DNA from: Takakia lepidozioides
Taxonomy: Eukaryota; Plantae; Bryophyta
Length of the DNA stretch: 64,000 nucleotides
Assembly (NCBI GenBank): GCA_030704615.1
Contig: CM060733.1
Location: 26,660,001 to 26,724,000, forward strand
Reading direction: 5' to 3'
Position numbers and translations under genes: made by a program. The notes below the pieces were generated by a model. That model ran no database searches. It had not been told where the DNA came from and worked only from the letters and a program-made list of their open reading frames with translations. This document shows, one piece after another, positions 12,990-25,600 of this stretch (its first letter is position 1; every line of letters starts with the position of its first letter).

Positions 12990-13220
12990 CAACGAGCTAA
13001 CTTACATAATTCAATATGCATATCAGGCCCGAGTCTGATAAGAGGCAAAACAGGCTGAAATAGGTTGAATCATGAAATGAATCAGCAGGCTGCTAAGACC
13101 AAGCTGATTCTCCCAAGAACCTTGTAAACATCAGGATGAATACCGTACTAACAGGAAAAAGCCCACATTTGCAGGATGAACAAACTTCTTCGCATCCTAC
13201 ATTAAGGAAAAGCCACACTG
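12990..13220 (-). pseudogene. second, more degraded copy of a SEN1-like helicase segment
   Basis: ~80-bp diverged direct repeat (12996-13070 vs 14465-14540). Translates IQPISACFASYQTRA versus LQHISSCF/PSYQNRP. Confidence 0.55.
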
Positions 13221-14369
13221 TAGTGTGAAAAAGAAGGGCATGAAACCCTTCTGGTAAACTATAGTTAACTATTTCTTGAGCAGTGATCCATGGCCCTGCC
13301 CTATGACATCAACCTAGTTGCTCTTTCTAAAATGACTCATACCCTACTTAATTCATTCTAAATCTATTTATCACCAAAGACTTTATACCCTTATCCACGC
13401 CGCAGCGGAAGAGAAGACATGGACAGGGCTGAGGTTATCTAAATTGTTATTGGGTCTCTTTAGTGGTCAGATCATCATATATGCCAAGGTTCTTCTTCCC
13501 TACAGATATCATCATTGGAAAATCACAGGGTGTACATTCTGATCCTTATACAGATTCAGATCCTATCCACAGTGTAAACATATCAGAGATACCCCACTGG
13601 CCCATACTTGGACAAGGTAAGTGATGTAGAAATATATGTGTCACTTACTCTACTGTAAACCAGAATGCAAATGCCCTAGTTTCTACACATGAGCTCTCAT
13701 TTTCCTTCTTTATTAATACTACAACTATCTAAGAAACATATCCCCTTTGGCATGACATTGCTACCCCTTCATATCATGCCCATGGATTGTACACTGATGC
13801 ATGGTGTTTTGACATCATTCACATCTACTTAAATGAAAATGCAAAACCCTAGCTTCTCTATTTCAGATTTCTCTTCTCTTTCCCTTTGCATGAAGAGGGC
13901 ATGATATCACAGAGCCCCCACTTTTAACTCCTCCTTAAAACTGCATTTTAACTATTTGAAAGACCCTTATGCCCCACTGATTGTAGATCTCAGTCTATGA
14001 ATGTTCCTAAGCTGATTGATACAAGCAGTAGGGAACAAATGCATGCCACCTGATATCTTCTTTCAGAAAAGCTACAGCCTACCCCCATAGTAGGTACATT
14101 GCCCTCTTCATATGCCATTGGCATTCTTCCCCACTATCCTTCATTTGTGTCCTCCTTCCAACTAAGTCCAGCAGATGTTCAACAATCCTTTCACCATCTC
14201 TTCACACAAGACATCCCCTACTTTAATGATTGTACCGCTGGCATGAGCAACATCTAAAGGCGGTACACCAACAACACTTCACCAGCAGAGACACCCATTC
14301 CAAAGCACTCAAGCACTTTCATGACCTCCTACTGTAATTCAGAATGTTGTTCCTTCTCCCATGAGTATC

Positions 14370-16000
14370 AAACCCCGCGATCGCAGTTGTCCCACCATCG
14401 TGCATGCCGTCAGTTGGGAGTATCATGTCAAAGTCACTCCAAACTATCAAAGATTCACTCAACTAGCTAACTTGCAAAATTCAATATGGATATTTAGGGC
14501 CGATTCTGATAAGAGGGAAAAACAGGATGAAATGTGTTGAAGAAGGTGCATTCATTAGCAACGCTTGATTTTATCAATTGTGCCGCTGCCGCTGCGGCTT
14601 CCACTTGACCATCTACCCATGCAGGTTTCTTGTAGGTAATCATAGGTAATCTGGAAAACGGCTCCTGGCAAATCACGCACATCCACAGGTACAAAGCGGC
14701 GTACAAAACCTGCGACGCAACCTACTATTGTCCCTTCCTCTGTACTCTCCACCTTCCCATTCTTAACACGGCCCTTCCTTCTGCTACCTGTACTTCAGGA
14801 AAAATGAATAATTAGGGCAATTCACTTTGAAATGCTTGGAGATGGCTTGCAATGCACTTAAAGCAGGAAGAATCACCACGGCTGTTGTGAAAGGCAGACA
14901 GATGCAACACTCATATGTAAAATAATTTGCAAGAATAACCAACAAGTATATGTTAAGGACTCTAAAGGTGTGACAGCTGGATGCTAACTGGAATTGAGCA
15001 GATGAGAGTTTACTAAAATCATGGGAATTGAAGCCCACCAGTGCAGCAGACCATCCAAGTCTTAGTAATAATGTAAGTGCACACACATGTGGCAAGGGCT
15101 CATACTAGATGATTTCAATTGTCAAGCAAGCAGCCATAGGTAGCAATTGGAATATTTACCAGATCCAGGCTTGGGTGTCGAGAGAACAACAACATTGCCT
15201 TCTTTAAAGTGAAGCTGTCTCTTGGAGTCAAGTGGCATAAGGACCACATCATACCACCCTGCAATGATACAATTGTTAGCAACTATCTAAAACTTACAAT
15301 CAAAAGTTCAAGGCAAGTAGTTTTCAGATTTCACTATTTCATTTTTAGACATGTGAAGCCAAAATCAGTATTATAGATCTTAGCCATCATTGCCACACTG
15401 GACAGGATTGCACAGGAGTTACCACAAGGAAACCAGGTAGACACCCTGGTGAAGAGCTACACACTTTCACTACTCAGACCCTGATACTGACTGTTTAAGC
15501 ATGTGTCTTTCCAGAATCAGGGAAACTGAGCGAGGCTATGCATCCAAAACAGACGACTTCTTTCAAGTAGGTCATATCCTGGGTAGCAATTATGCTTACA
15601 GGAGAACAAATAACTTGCAGCTACAGATAAGCAAATCGCTATACAGTATGCACATTCGAAATGGTTAGATGCATACAAAATCTAGCATGCAGGAATATGT
15701 GATGGAATGTCTCATGTCTAAGAATTTCCAACATGTAGAACATAAAGATTCACTTTCACAAATCCATGGCAAAAGAAAAAGAAACTGCAGGTGCCATGTA
15801 GTGAGATTAGATGATAAACTTACCCCGCTCACGCCTGTCGACCTTTTTAATAGAAACAACTGCATGCACATTGGTACTACTTCCTTCGAGAAGCTCCTCC
15901 CAGACATTGTGTAATTGGGCACGGCACTCCTCAAATAACAGTGGCTCAAAAACATGGACATATTCACTGTAACGGACCAACAAATCTAGGAAATAACCCA
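14370..16000 (-). pseudogene. spliced fragment of a plant SEN1/UPF1-like helicase (At4g30100/At2g19120 type)
   Basis: Exons ~15990-15824 (EYVHVFEPLLFEECRAQLHNVWEEL...RRERG), 15258-15160 (GWYDVVLMP...FKEGNVVVLSTPKPGS) and 14787-~14650 (GCVAGFVRRFVPVDVRDLPGA) with in-phase GT-AG junctions. Decays near SQLTA before any recognisable Walker A. Confidence 0.85.
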
Positions 16001-16020
16001 CCAAGACATGACAAATGTGA

Positions 16021-16580
16021 TATACGACAGTTTCACGTCCAATGACCATCATGCCCTAAAGGTGGGATGCAAAATTCCCCTACCTTGGCTAAACCGGGAA
16101 TTACAGATTCGTGACTTTCGCCAAAGAACTAAAAGACGCAAAATTCATAATATTGATAGAAGACAACCATTTCTTGTTCGACTACGCAAATACAATACAG
16201 AATGGTTCGATAATTGAAGGAGGACAGGTGAGGACATGATGTGGATGGGTGGAAACAACATGAGCTTCACGAAAAAGCTCCTAAAAACTAACGCAAACAA
16301 CTCTGGCTCGACGTCCGGTAACAACAAACGTCAAAAAACAAACAACGACGAGATGTACAATACAATAGAAGTCCTTAACGAAAATGGCCAAAAAATGGAT
16401 GGAGAATCCGTACGTTCAGGGGATCTCATTGCAGTCAAGTGTAACATCCGATTTTGGATGAATTTCCGTCACAAGAAACATGGGCTTTCATACCAACTAA
16501 AAGGGGTCAAACTGTTGGCCAAAGCACGAGAGGAGACAGAGTTGAATGATGACAACTGGAGCAAAAGCATAGCTTGGTAG
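16021..16580 (+). pseudogene. degraded ORF resembling T7 gp2.5/DUF2815 (Enc34-like) OB-fold ssDNA-binding protein
   Basis: Frame from 16021: KFPYLG*TGNYRFVTFAKELKDAKFIILIED. After a frameshift: MSFTKKLLK...IEVLNENGQKMDGESVRSGDLIAVKCNIRFWMNFRHKKHGLSYQLKGVKLLAK, then an acidic tail ending in W. Confidence 0.5.
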
Positions 16581-16890
16581 AGCTTAAATTAGACACGTCT
16601 AAAGGGCCACCATATTTTATAAAGACCGTCCTCCTTCTCCTCTTCAAAAAGTCTATATTTTGTCCCAATGCATGCTCACAACGGATAATAAAAAAATACT
16701 GATTTATCATAGTCCAAATCTACTTGTTGTACCAAGACGACCCATGGAAAACCCCTCCAACTCCCCAAACCCACCCACCCACCCACCCACCAATCGGAAC
16801 TGCGTGACCGACATTTTGGCAGGCTGCATGATCCGTACTCTCTCTCATGATCCTCGAGTATGGCCGTCCGTCCGGACGTCATTCTCATAA

Positions 16891-16958
16891 GTTGTCGCTA
16901 GTAGTGCGGAGCAACGCGAAGCCCTAGTTCTAGCGACGACCGAAGGTCGGAAGCTAGT
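16891..16958 (+). mobile_element. stacked Helitron-like 3' termini
   Basis: GCGGAGCAACGCGAAGCC-CTAG|T (CTAG 16924-16927) and hairpin CGACC-GAA-GGTCG-GAAG-CTAG|T (CTAG 16954-16957). Another CTAG|T at 16898. Confidence 0.55.
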
Positions 16959-17825
16959 TTAGCGTAGAGCAGGAATAGGGTGCCAAAGTGCCACGTTTTC
17001 GTTCCCACGTCATTGTCGTCGTGTCATCGTCGCCACGTTTCATCGCGGGGGTGCTATTCCGTGTGCCCGGAGGCGTGAGCCCAGGACAGGGTCACGCCAC
17101 GTCAGCATGCATATGCATACAGGGCCTATTTCCGCGGGTGTCACCTATTAAAAAGGGGTGGTCAGCCCTTTCCAGGGAATGCAGACTGGATGTGTTACAT
17201 TCATTGTATCCATCATTTGTATCCATTGCATCCATTTAGACGGTATTAACTTACCAAAGCCCTTGCATTGGAATATGGCTACGTCATGAGCAGGTGCACC
17301 CTCACATCATCCAAAGCGGATTCCTGCAGATATTTTTACCACCGACACTACGAGATATGGCGCGATAGGAACTTAAGACAAGCGGCAGATACTTCCGATC
17401 CTGGAAACAGGAGAGAATGTTTAGACTCCCATTGATTGATGTAGATTAGTTATGACCACAAATCTTCACTTCTCTAACTGGTCATGGAGGCTTTATATGC
17501 CATTTTCTGCAGATGCACAAGCCGTGTGCACGCCCCCAACTTTTCTCTCACGCAAGCACCAAGTAACTTACTAAATATATGATATCCAAAACTGGGTATG
17601 CTCGGCAGCACCTTCACTTTCATTCTTATGCTTCTTCTGAACATGGTTTGGGAGCACTCTCCAACATACTGGACAAACCAAACTTTCACAAATGTGACCT
17701 CCTGCGAGACGTTTGTCAAGGTTGCGTCGGTCCTTCAAATCACTCAGTTTCGCATTACACCTCTCAGATATGCCGAGAACACATGCACACCAAAAGAAAC
17801 CAACATGACACATTTTGCGTAGTGT

Positions 17826-20800
17826 CTAGCTTGAGGGAGCTTCGTCTGTTGATGACGTTATCTCCCATGTAACTATAAAATCTTTTCCCATCAGTAGATT
17901 AAGGTCTGAAATGTCCAACGAAGAAGATACAGCATTCATCTTGACGTTGACAGATGTAGCGAGCTCCCCATCTACTAGCACGCCAGGAGGACATGATATT
18001 ACACCTAGGACTGACACAGTCTGTAGGAGTAGATTTTGCTGCAAGGCATAAGCTCCTTCAGTTACATATGCCCTTAGAGCATATTTGCAGTCTGATCTAA
18101 AAGCCTCATATTTTACAAAAGTGGCTTTGCCCGGCGTGATCTCCATCTGCACTTGAGAGTCGTCATCGTCGAGGAAGAGCTGTCCTGATGCATATTCTAA
18201 TATGCCATTTCCTTCGCAAATGATAGATCCTAAATCGCAGGGATGGGCTGCCTTTGTATATGGTCCAAATGCAACTAAAAGAGAGAAGGGGGTCTTGCGT
18301 GCCAGAGTAGTGGTCATGGCAGCATCTTGCATGGGTAAGATTGAGCCCTCTCGCACATGCACATTGATAGTGTCTAAAGGCGCTGACAGCACCTCATAGT
18401 ATCCATTATTAGATGCTCTCACCACTTTTGAAGGATCAAACAGATTGTACCATGTACCCTTTGGGATGTAAGCACGCACTGAAGTCTGCTCCGGCATCAG
18501 CACCGGCGAAACCAGCAATGACTCTCCAATAAGAAACTGATCATTTATATTCCATGCTGCTGGATCCTCGGGATAGTGAAAGAAGAGAGGCCTGGCGATG
18601 GGGGCACCTCTTGTGTGAGCCTCATACATTAGTGTGTAGTAGAAGGGCAAGAGGCGGTATCGCCACCCGAATACCAACCGGGCTGTTTCAGTGACCGACT
18701 CCCAAAGATACAACTCCTGGGGGGAACTGGCCTTGTCAGAATGATCTCTGGAGAAGGGATAAAATGCCCCCACCTGTGTCCACCGGAGGCAAAGCTCCTC
18801 AGTTGTCACCAAATTGAAGCCACAGATATCAGCTCCCACCATGGGCACCCCGAACATGCCAGAATTGAGCACACTCACAATGGAGTATTGCAGATCCTCC
18901 CAAGTTGCTCCATTGTCCCCTGTCCAGTGGGCCACAGAGGCCCCAGATCCGACAAAGCAGGAGCGTGATAGCACAAAGGGCCTCTTGTTTCTCACCTGTT
19001 CCCAAGGAGTTCAAACGAACTGATTAACTCAGAAATGAGGTCCTACCAAGTTTCCAAAAACTTTGTTCATTCTCTTTCTAGCTGGTCCACCAAGGTGTTC
19101 AATCATGTGAAAGGGTAGCGACCTGACACGGCTCCAAGTGCACATAAACTGCTCTTCCTACAAACACGGAATTTGTCCAGAGAGCACAAATCAGACTAGT
19201 CCAACTTACCTCCAACAGGGCCCGATAGGTGACAAGGCTTTCTGTCAGGCCATAGATGTTGTGTGTGTCATAGGCACGCACTTCATTATAATGCTGGCAA
19301 CTCATTGCCATGGTCTTTTCGTAGAGAGGGCGTTCGGTTCCAAACGAGTTGATGTGGTAGGGAGGGTCATCCCACCTTGATAGATTGTGGTTGTCGCACA
19401 CCATGCAGCATTGATTAATTAATTCAGGACACTCTTCATCAGGTGGATAATAGCAAGTGGGCCCTGAACAGAAGTTGGAAGGCTCGTTCATGTCAAGCCA
19501 TAGCCCATCAAAGGGAACAACCTTATAGAACTCTGCCACCTCCTTTGACCAGAAGGTTTGGGCATCAGGATGGAGGAAATCAGGGAAATGAGTGGCACCA
19601 GGCCACACCTGTGCAATGTAGCGGCCCCCTGTTTCATTTTTTACGAACACGTCCAGCTCGATACCTCTCTCATATGTACTGTAGCCCTCCTCAATCTTAA
19701 TACCTGTCAACACCCAAATTGCACCAGCAGACATGTAATAACCCAGACTGAATCAATATTATCTTTGTCCAGGATCCACAACACGACCAACTTATGCAGC
19801 CAACCTGCAAGCTGTGAAATTACAATTTCAGGCAAAAAGTCACAGCGAGATTGTTTCCAGGGGCAAAACTATGTAAAAGTATATCACTCCATCGGTGTGA
19901 GAGAAGTTTTGTGCATACTATGACAATGGACTACTTCTCAAAGTCAAGTATATCACGATATAGGTGACTGATTTCTCATTGAGAGAAGCTAGTGGACAAA
20001 GCTATTCTATCCTCTAGCGTATTTCACTTGATGAATCACTCTGTTTTCACAGGAGCCACTAACAGAACCCCATCTCTCACTCAAGACGTACAAGGCAAAC
20101 GCAGGCAAGAAGAGAGAAATTTGTACTCGGGTTAATCTGCAGAAACTATTGCCCTGTTTCTGGAAACAGGAGTGGGCAGCCATAAGCTCTCTAGCAGCAT
20201 CAGAAAAGAGAAACAGATTTGTTGTGCCTAAGGTGACCAAACAGAACAACAGTAGACACAGGCCAAATGTGAGTCATCTCCCAGGTGTCCTCACAGCCTT
20301 CCGGACAAGGACGGCATGCCCCCTGAGTCTCAGAAGACCAAGGGGGATTAAGAAAGGAAATAGAGACCAGAGACCAAATGGGAGTCAACTTGAGTGAGTT
20401 TCACGTCTTAGAAAACCACTCATGGGGGGCCCTTCTAATCATCCACAAAGAGTAGAAATTCAAGAAATATACATGGAGGAATGATGATGTTCCCAAGATG
20501 GGACATCCCAAGCCGTGGGTTGCACAACCAAGCATGGACCCAACAGATTAATAGCACTCGGCAGTGAAAACATATAGCTTCACAAGCTATAATCCATTCT
20601 CTCTTGAGGAGAAAAGCATAATGTTCACTTTGCAAAGTCATTCCAAATGATAGCACTGTTGAAGTCTGAACATTCTATTGAATCTTGAGAACAATTTTAA
20701 ATATCAAACTATTGTGCTTGAATGCCTAGTTTCTGCTCTGAATTGTAAACTGTGTGATACTCAGTTTTTTCCACTGTCTGATTGATTGCCAACATGAAAT

Positions 20801-23800
20801 TTAGATACCATCCACAGCACAGAAGAACCATTACCATTAATATCCTTTTTAATTACAACTTCTTGAGTAGCTCACCTTGCTATTGTCGTCTCTCACCAAC
20901 AGAAAAGATCATCAGTAGAATAAATTGTTAAGTACTAGAGGGAACCAGGATAAGAGTTGTAACTTGTGTAGCAAATCTTACCAGGGTCAAGAATCATGAT
21001 GTACTTTTGGCCATTTGCATGTAGACTGTCAACAAAAGGGCGTAACAGGTCTTCAGAATACTTATTGGGTTCAAGTGTGAAGTCCTTATAACTGTCCATG
21101 TAATCAATGTCAGACCACATGGATTCCAGTGGGAGATCGACCTCCTTGTACTTGGCCACTACTGTCTCCAACTGGTGCACATCCTCATAGCCAAATCTTG
21201 ACTGGTGGAACCCTGCACCCACCCCTCCCTCCCTTTGCTCAGCCTTTTCTGCTGTCACCTCTTTCTGAGATGATCTTTCCTGTCTTCCTTTCTTTTCTCC
21301 AAGCAATGCTTGGCGCCAGGAGCACAACTCCATCTCAGATCCTAAGTGCAGAGTTCGCATGTGTACCATTGCAATCCGAGGCCCTCTTCCGGCTTACAAT
21401 CTTTCTCCATAGATTACAGGCCCTTCCACCCAAGGGGCTCGTGGCAAGGGCCCTCACAACATCTATGAGGCTCAAAGCTGCAGGTTTCAGGAACTCCTGG
21501 TATGCTCGAGTGGACAGTTTATTTCAACGTAACGGACTTTCTACTGCTTTCCTATTACCAATGAATCCAGATAAGGTGGAAATCACATCCAGACATGACC
21601 GCAACAGACTCATTAGGAGAGAGCTTATGGAATTACATGTCAAGAGAACTTGGAAGCTACCCAATCTCACGACAAAGCTCCACTTCTATCGAGAGACATT
21701 CTTGGTGCTCCGCGATGATAGAATCTTGAGACCAAATTACCTTTCAGCATCCTTATCTCCTTCCCTCCTGAGGGCATTGGGGCGGTTCAGGGTGGGTTCC
21801 CACAACCTATGGATAGAGACTGGCAGATGGGAAAACCTGCAACGGGAGGACCGCCTATGTCCAGCTTGCATAGGGCGCAGCAAGGAAATTGAAACTGAAG
21901 AACACTTCTTCTACTGCCCTCTATACTACGAGATCCGTGGGAGATTCCACTGTTTATTCAGTGGAACCCAAACTCTCACTGATGTCTTCAACTATGAGGA
22001 TCAAAAATGCCTGGCAGCCTACCTGCACAAGGCCTTCACCCTTAGACAATCGCTAGAACATTAATTGTGGTTTCTGGATTTGTTCCTCTCTCATGCTTTC
22101 TTCCATTTTGTCCCATAAGCTCTATGAGCTTTCCGCGGACGTTATAAAGCACCATTTCATTTCATTTCATTTCCTTCAACCTTGTTACCAAGTCAACATA
22201 GCATCGAAATAAGAAACTCCAGAAGGGCAGAACCAGATATACAAGTAGTATGCATAAGGGAGCCGTGGAGGGAAGGAAGATTGTCAAGGAGTCTGTGCAA
22301 TGAAGGAAGGCAGTTCAAATACAGGAGAGAGGTCACGAGGTCCACAACCCACCAATTCATACCTGATTCAAGTGAAAGAAATTAGTACAAAATAATTCTT
22401 GCCAATCTCTGGTATCAAGTTTGGTGAATGGAGTACTTGCAACAGACAAGTGATCACAGTCCCTTTTCACACAAATGGGAAGCTCAGTCCAGCAGAGGAC
22501 CAGTGCACATGACAGATCACAGAGGCAGAACACAAACTGACAAGAAGGAACGAGTCCATACCAAGCACCCAGTATGGCATCGAAGCAGGTCGACCCACAA
22601 GCTGCGTATACTGATCGACCACAGCCAACGGGGATGGACCAGCAAAGAAGTAGAAATCAAAAACACCGCCTATCGCTCTGAACGTCATGGAACTAACGTC
22701 GTAATTCACATCCATGCCATTGCTATTGAGAAGTAGCAAACCATGGACATTGCCTTCGTCCCTGATGTCCATGACGAATGGGTAAGTTCCATAGAGATCG
22801 ATGTCGACTCGGTCGCTCCCAATGTCTGTTGCCCAGAGGGTGTACTTCCGGCCATGCGTCAGACGGAGGCCATCAGGCCTGGTGCTCTCTCCCAGACCAT
22901 ACAACGTTGATTTGTACGGGAGGTGTGTTGACATTTCCAGGTATTGATCCTTAAACACCGTACTGCCGAATGAAGGGGACTGCGATCCATTACTGCTGAT
23001 CAACACACTTGGTGTAGAGTTGAACAACACCTCTCCGTTAGAGCGCCGGACGACCGCAAAGCCGAAAGGTTCCACTGTATAAGAAAACTCCAAAGGGTGC
23101 GAAGTGCTCAGTGATCCTCCCATCCCAACACTCAAATTTGCCAGCCCCAACTTGCGGTTGCGCTTTGCCTTGGGTCTTGCAATGTCCACATTATCCAGCC
23201 CTTTCCGCGGAATAACGCTTCGGGGAACCTCCCAACGTGGGTGATGGCTGTCTGTTATGTGAACTTGAAGGCGCTCCCCGCTTTGGTACCTATCACCAAT
23301 CGTTCATGGATTGCTTCACTTACTTAGATCAATTCCTGATTGCTGAAGACACCGTCTTCAGAACTGGGTGTGATGTTGCACGCATTTTTCAATAAAAGAA
23401 GATGCAGAACACGGTATGGATTTCAAGCATGATTGAAATAGGAGCCGCAGAGCGAATAGACTGAGAGTCTAAAAGAAAACCACAACGAGTTACAAATTAT
23501 CTCCCTGTCCACTGTTGGATTTTGCACCCAAACAAGCTGACAAATTCAACAACAATTTCAGAATGACTGAAGGCAGTTCTGTAGGCATGACATAAGTGCA
23601 GGTGAATCGTAGCCAAGTTTGCGCCTGGTACCAACAGGTACCACAAACAACACAAAGCTGTTGAAGGAAATTATTTGGAGATGGAGAACCATCTGCTACA
23701 CCGATATGCACAGACACGCATGCAATTCATTTATTGGCTGTCACAAGCTGCTACTCACCTCCCGCAGAAAACCTGCAGATTAGCTTTCATAGAAGACTTG

Positions 23801-24126
23801 TTTACACTCAGTCTCGACAAGTCAGTCCTGAGTTATAGTGTGCACACACATGTATTCTCGCATACACATTGAGAATACCTGGCAACGAGCCGCAGCTCGT
23901 TGATGTCAGGACCGTAAGTCTGTGACTCCTTGATAAGCTTGAGATGTGCAACTATGCCGCTCGTATCTGAAAGGTTTTTGATGGACGTGAGCCGGTAGCC
24001 ATCTCCAACAATATTAGGAGCTCCCAAGACGCCGGGAAATTGTAGCGCCTCCAAGACTAACAACAGTGCTGCTAGTCGCAGCGCTACGGTTACAGCGCCT
24101 ACGTTTCGTGTGACCAGGACATCCAT
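17826..24126 (-). CDS. GH31 alpha-glucosidase/alpha-xylosidase, secreted (gene A, 5 exons)
   Basis: Exons 24126-23879, 23289-22562, 21212-20982, 19703-19210, 18995-17826, all GT-AG and in phase. Signal peptide, GFHQSRFGY, WSDIDYMD, catalytic GLWLDMNEPSNF and HWTGDN, GADICGF. Confidence 0.95.
21285..22172 (+). mobile_element. longest LINE copy (copy 3), antisense within intron 2 of GH31 gene A
   Basis: FLQAMLGARSTTPSQILSAEFACVPL...CCHC finger, stop at 22064, 3' UTR, (CATTT)4 tail ending ~22172. About 11 aa differences from copy 1 over 208 aa. Possible short TSD TTCCTT. Confidence 0.9.
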
Positions 24127-25399
24127 CTTGCCGAATACAAAACAGAACTGCGTCTTTCCGCGTCTGTCAAGCTCAAGGGGAGTACACAGAGATTGTAACC
24201 AATGCACCATGCATTTGCCAAATGTGCATAAAACGAACTGGGGAGAGAGAGATCATACAGGGACTGAGGTTTGTAGCCTAATAGAGCAGCTCTCTTAAGA
24301 CAAAGTTGAGCCTCTCTTGCAAGACACATACAACTCACCTGCAGTCTCTAGTAAAAACGCATTGCTATGTAATGAAGGCCCTAGATGTTTCTTGTACATC
24401 TGTACAGGTCTGTATGATGCGGGCAACAACTTTCCTCTAAGTCACCCGTAACAATTTGAATGGTTTAAGAATTTCAGATGATTGACTCAGAGGAGTAAGT
24501 GTACAGCAAGCTTCAGCTCATGTTGAGGTCAACCTCCCCTGGACTAACGAGTTAGTTAATCCTCTTCCTCACTGTGAGTGTAGGATGGCATAAACCTAAC
24601 AAGCAAGACAATCGAACATTGTTCAAATAAGCGACGATCTATACATGTAGGGTTTCTCACTAGATGGATTAGCCTCTAAGATGACTGCGGTCCTGTGAAA
24701 TCTGACGTCGAGACTACGATGATGAATTGTACGATTTCACATTCTCGATGATGATTTCCCCATTATTCTCGAGTTTCGAGTTTCCAGTGCTGAGGCGATT
24801 TTTCTAACAGAACATGGAGGCAATATCATGCATGCAGGAAGCAAATAGATGCCGTTACTTACGAAGGCTGCGGAAATTGAGCTCAACATGAGCAAGGCTG
24901 GCAGCATGCAGGGCCCCACAGAATTTTGGTGCATGCGAGCGCCATGAGAGAGGTGTTCGTGCGTGCGTGGAGAAATTGGAGGGGCACGCGGCAGCACACC
25001 AGCAGCATGCGTGCCTGCAGGCCACACAGCAGCTTCTCTCATATCTTGGCTGCCGTCGGATCTCTGCGGCCCGCCCAATCACGACGAGGGATCCGGAGGC
25101 CTGAGACCGTACAGCTGTGAGGGTGGCCCGCGCTCCATCTAACCAGTATCTCACACGTCAACCCCGATCTGAGTGGTGGATGTTGCGACAAATGCGGCCC
25201 ACCCACTGCCGCGTCGCACGTGTAGCCGTGAGCGGGCCAGGAGAATTGAGGGGTGGGGCCGGGAGTATAATGCGCCCGGGCCCGGCGCGCCTACGTCCCC
25301 CTAAGTCAGGAGTCGCTACACCCAGTATCACACTTGCACGTGTCAGTGTGTGAGGGGGTGGGCTGGTTACTGGCGCGGCCTATGGCCTATTATCAAGGT

Positions 25400-25600
25400 A
25401 TGGGGGAAGGGGTGAAGCCCAACCACATCATGTTTTTGTGTGATTGCAATGCTTGTGCAAGCCTGGCAGCCATGGAAAAGGTCAAAAGAGGTCTATGGTG
25501 ACATTGTCAAAGCTGGAATTGTACCAGATGTCATTCCGAACTCTGCCCTGGTGGACATGTATGCCCAATGTGGGTGCATTGAGGATGCAAAGCAAGGAAT
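25400..25600 (+). pseudogene. isolated PLS-class PPR fragment
   Basis: GEGVKPNHI...KEVYGDIVKAGIVPDVIPNSALVDMYAQCGCIEDAK, frameshifted. Confidence 0.8.

Noticed and set aside
13260-14460. Possible TET/JBP dioxygenase (HxD-like and Cys-rich strings on the minus strand)
   Set aside because: The motifs needed assumed mutations. The flanking frames are better explained as SEN1-like helicase sequence (VAGFVRR, SQLTA).
16988-17110. Cluster of CCACGT (ABRE/G-box-like) motifs as a promoter
   Set aside because: No gene start nearby. It lies 3' of GH31 gene A beside TE ends and more likely represents TE subterminal sequence.
21129-21285. N-terminus of the 311-aa ORF as a LINE-host fusion protein
   Set aside because: It is simply the antisense of GH31 exon 3 and intron remaining open by chance. 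LINE similarity starts near 21290.
25128-25380. GC-rich MITE with imperfect terminal repeats
   Set aside because: The inverted match is too degenerate and no TSD was found.
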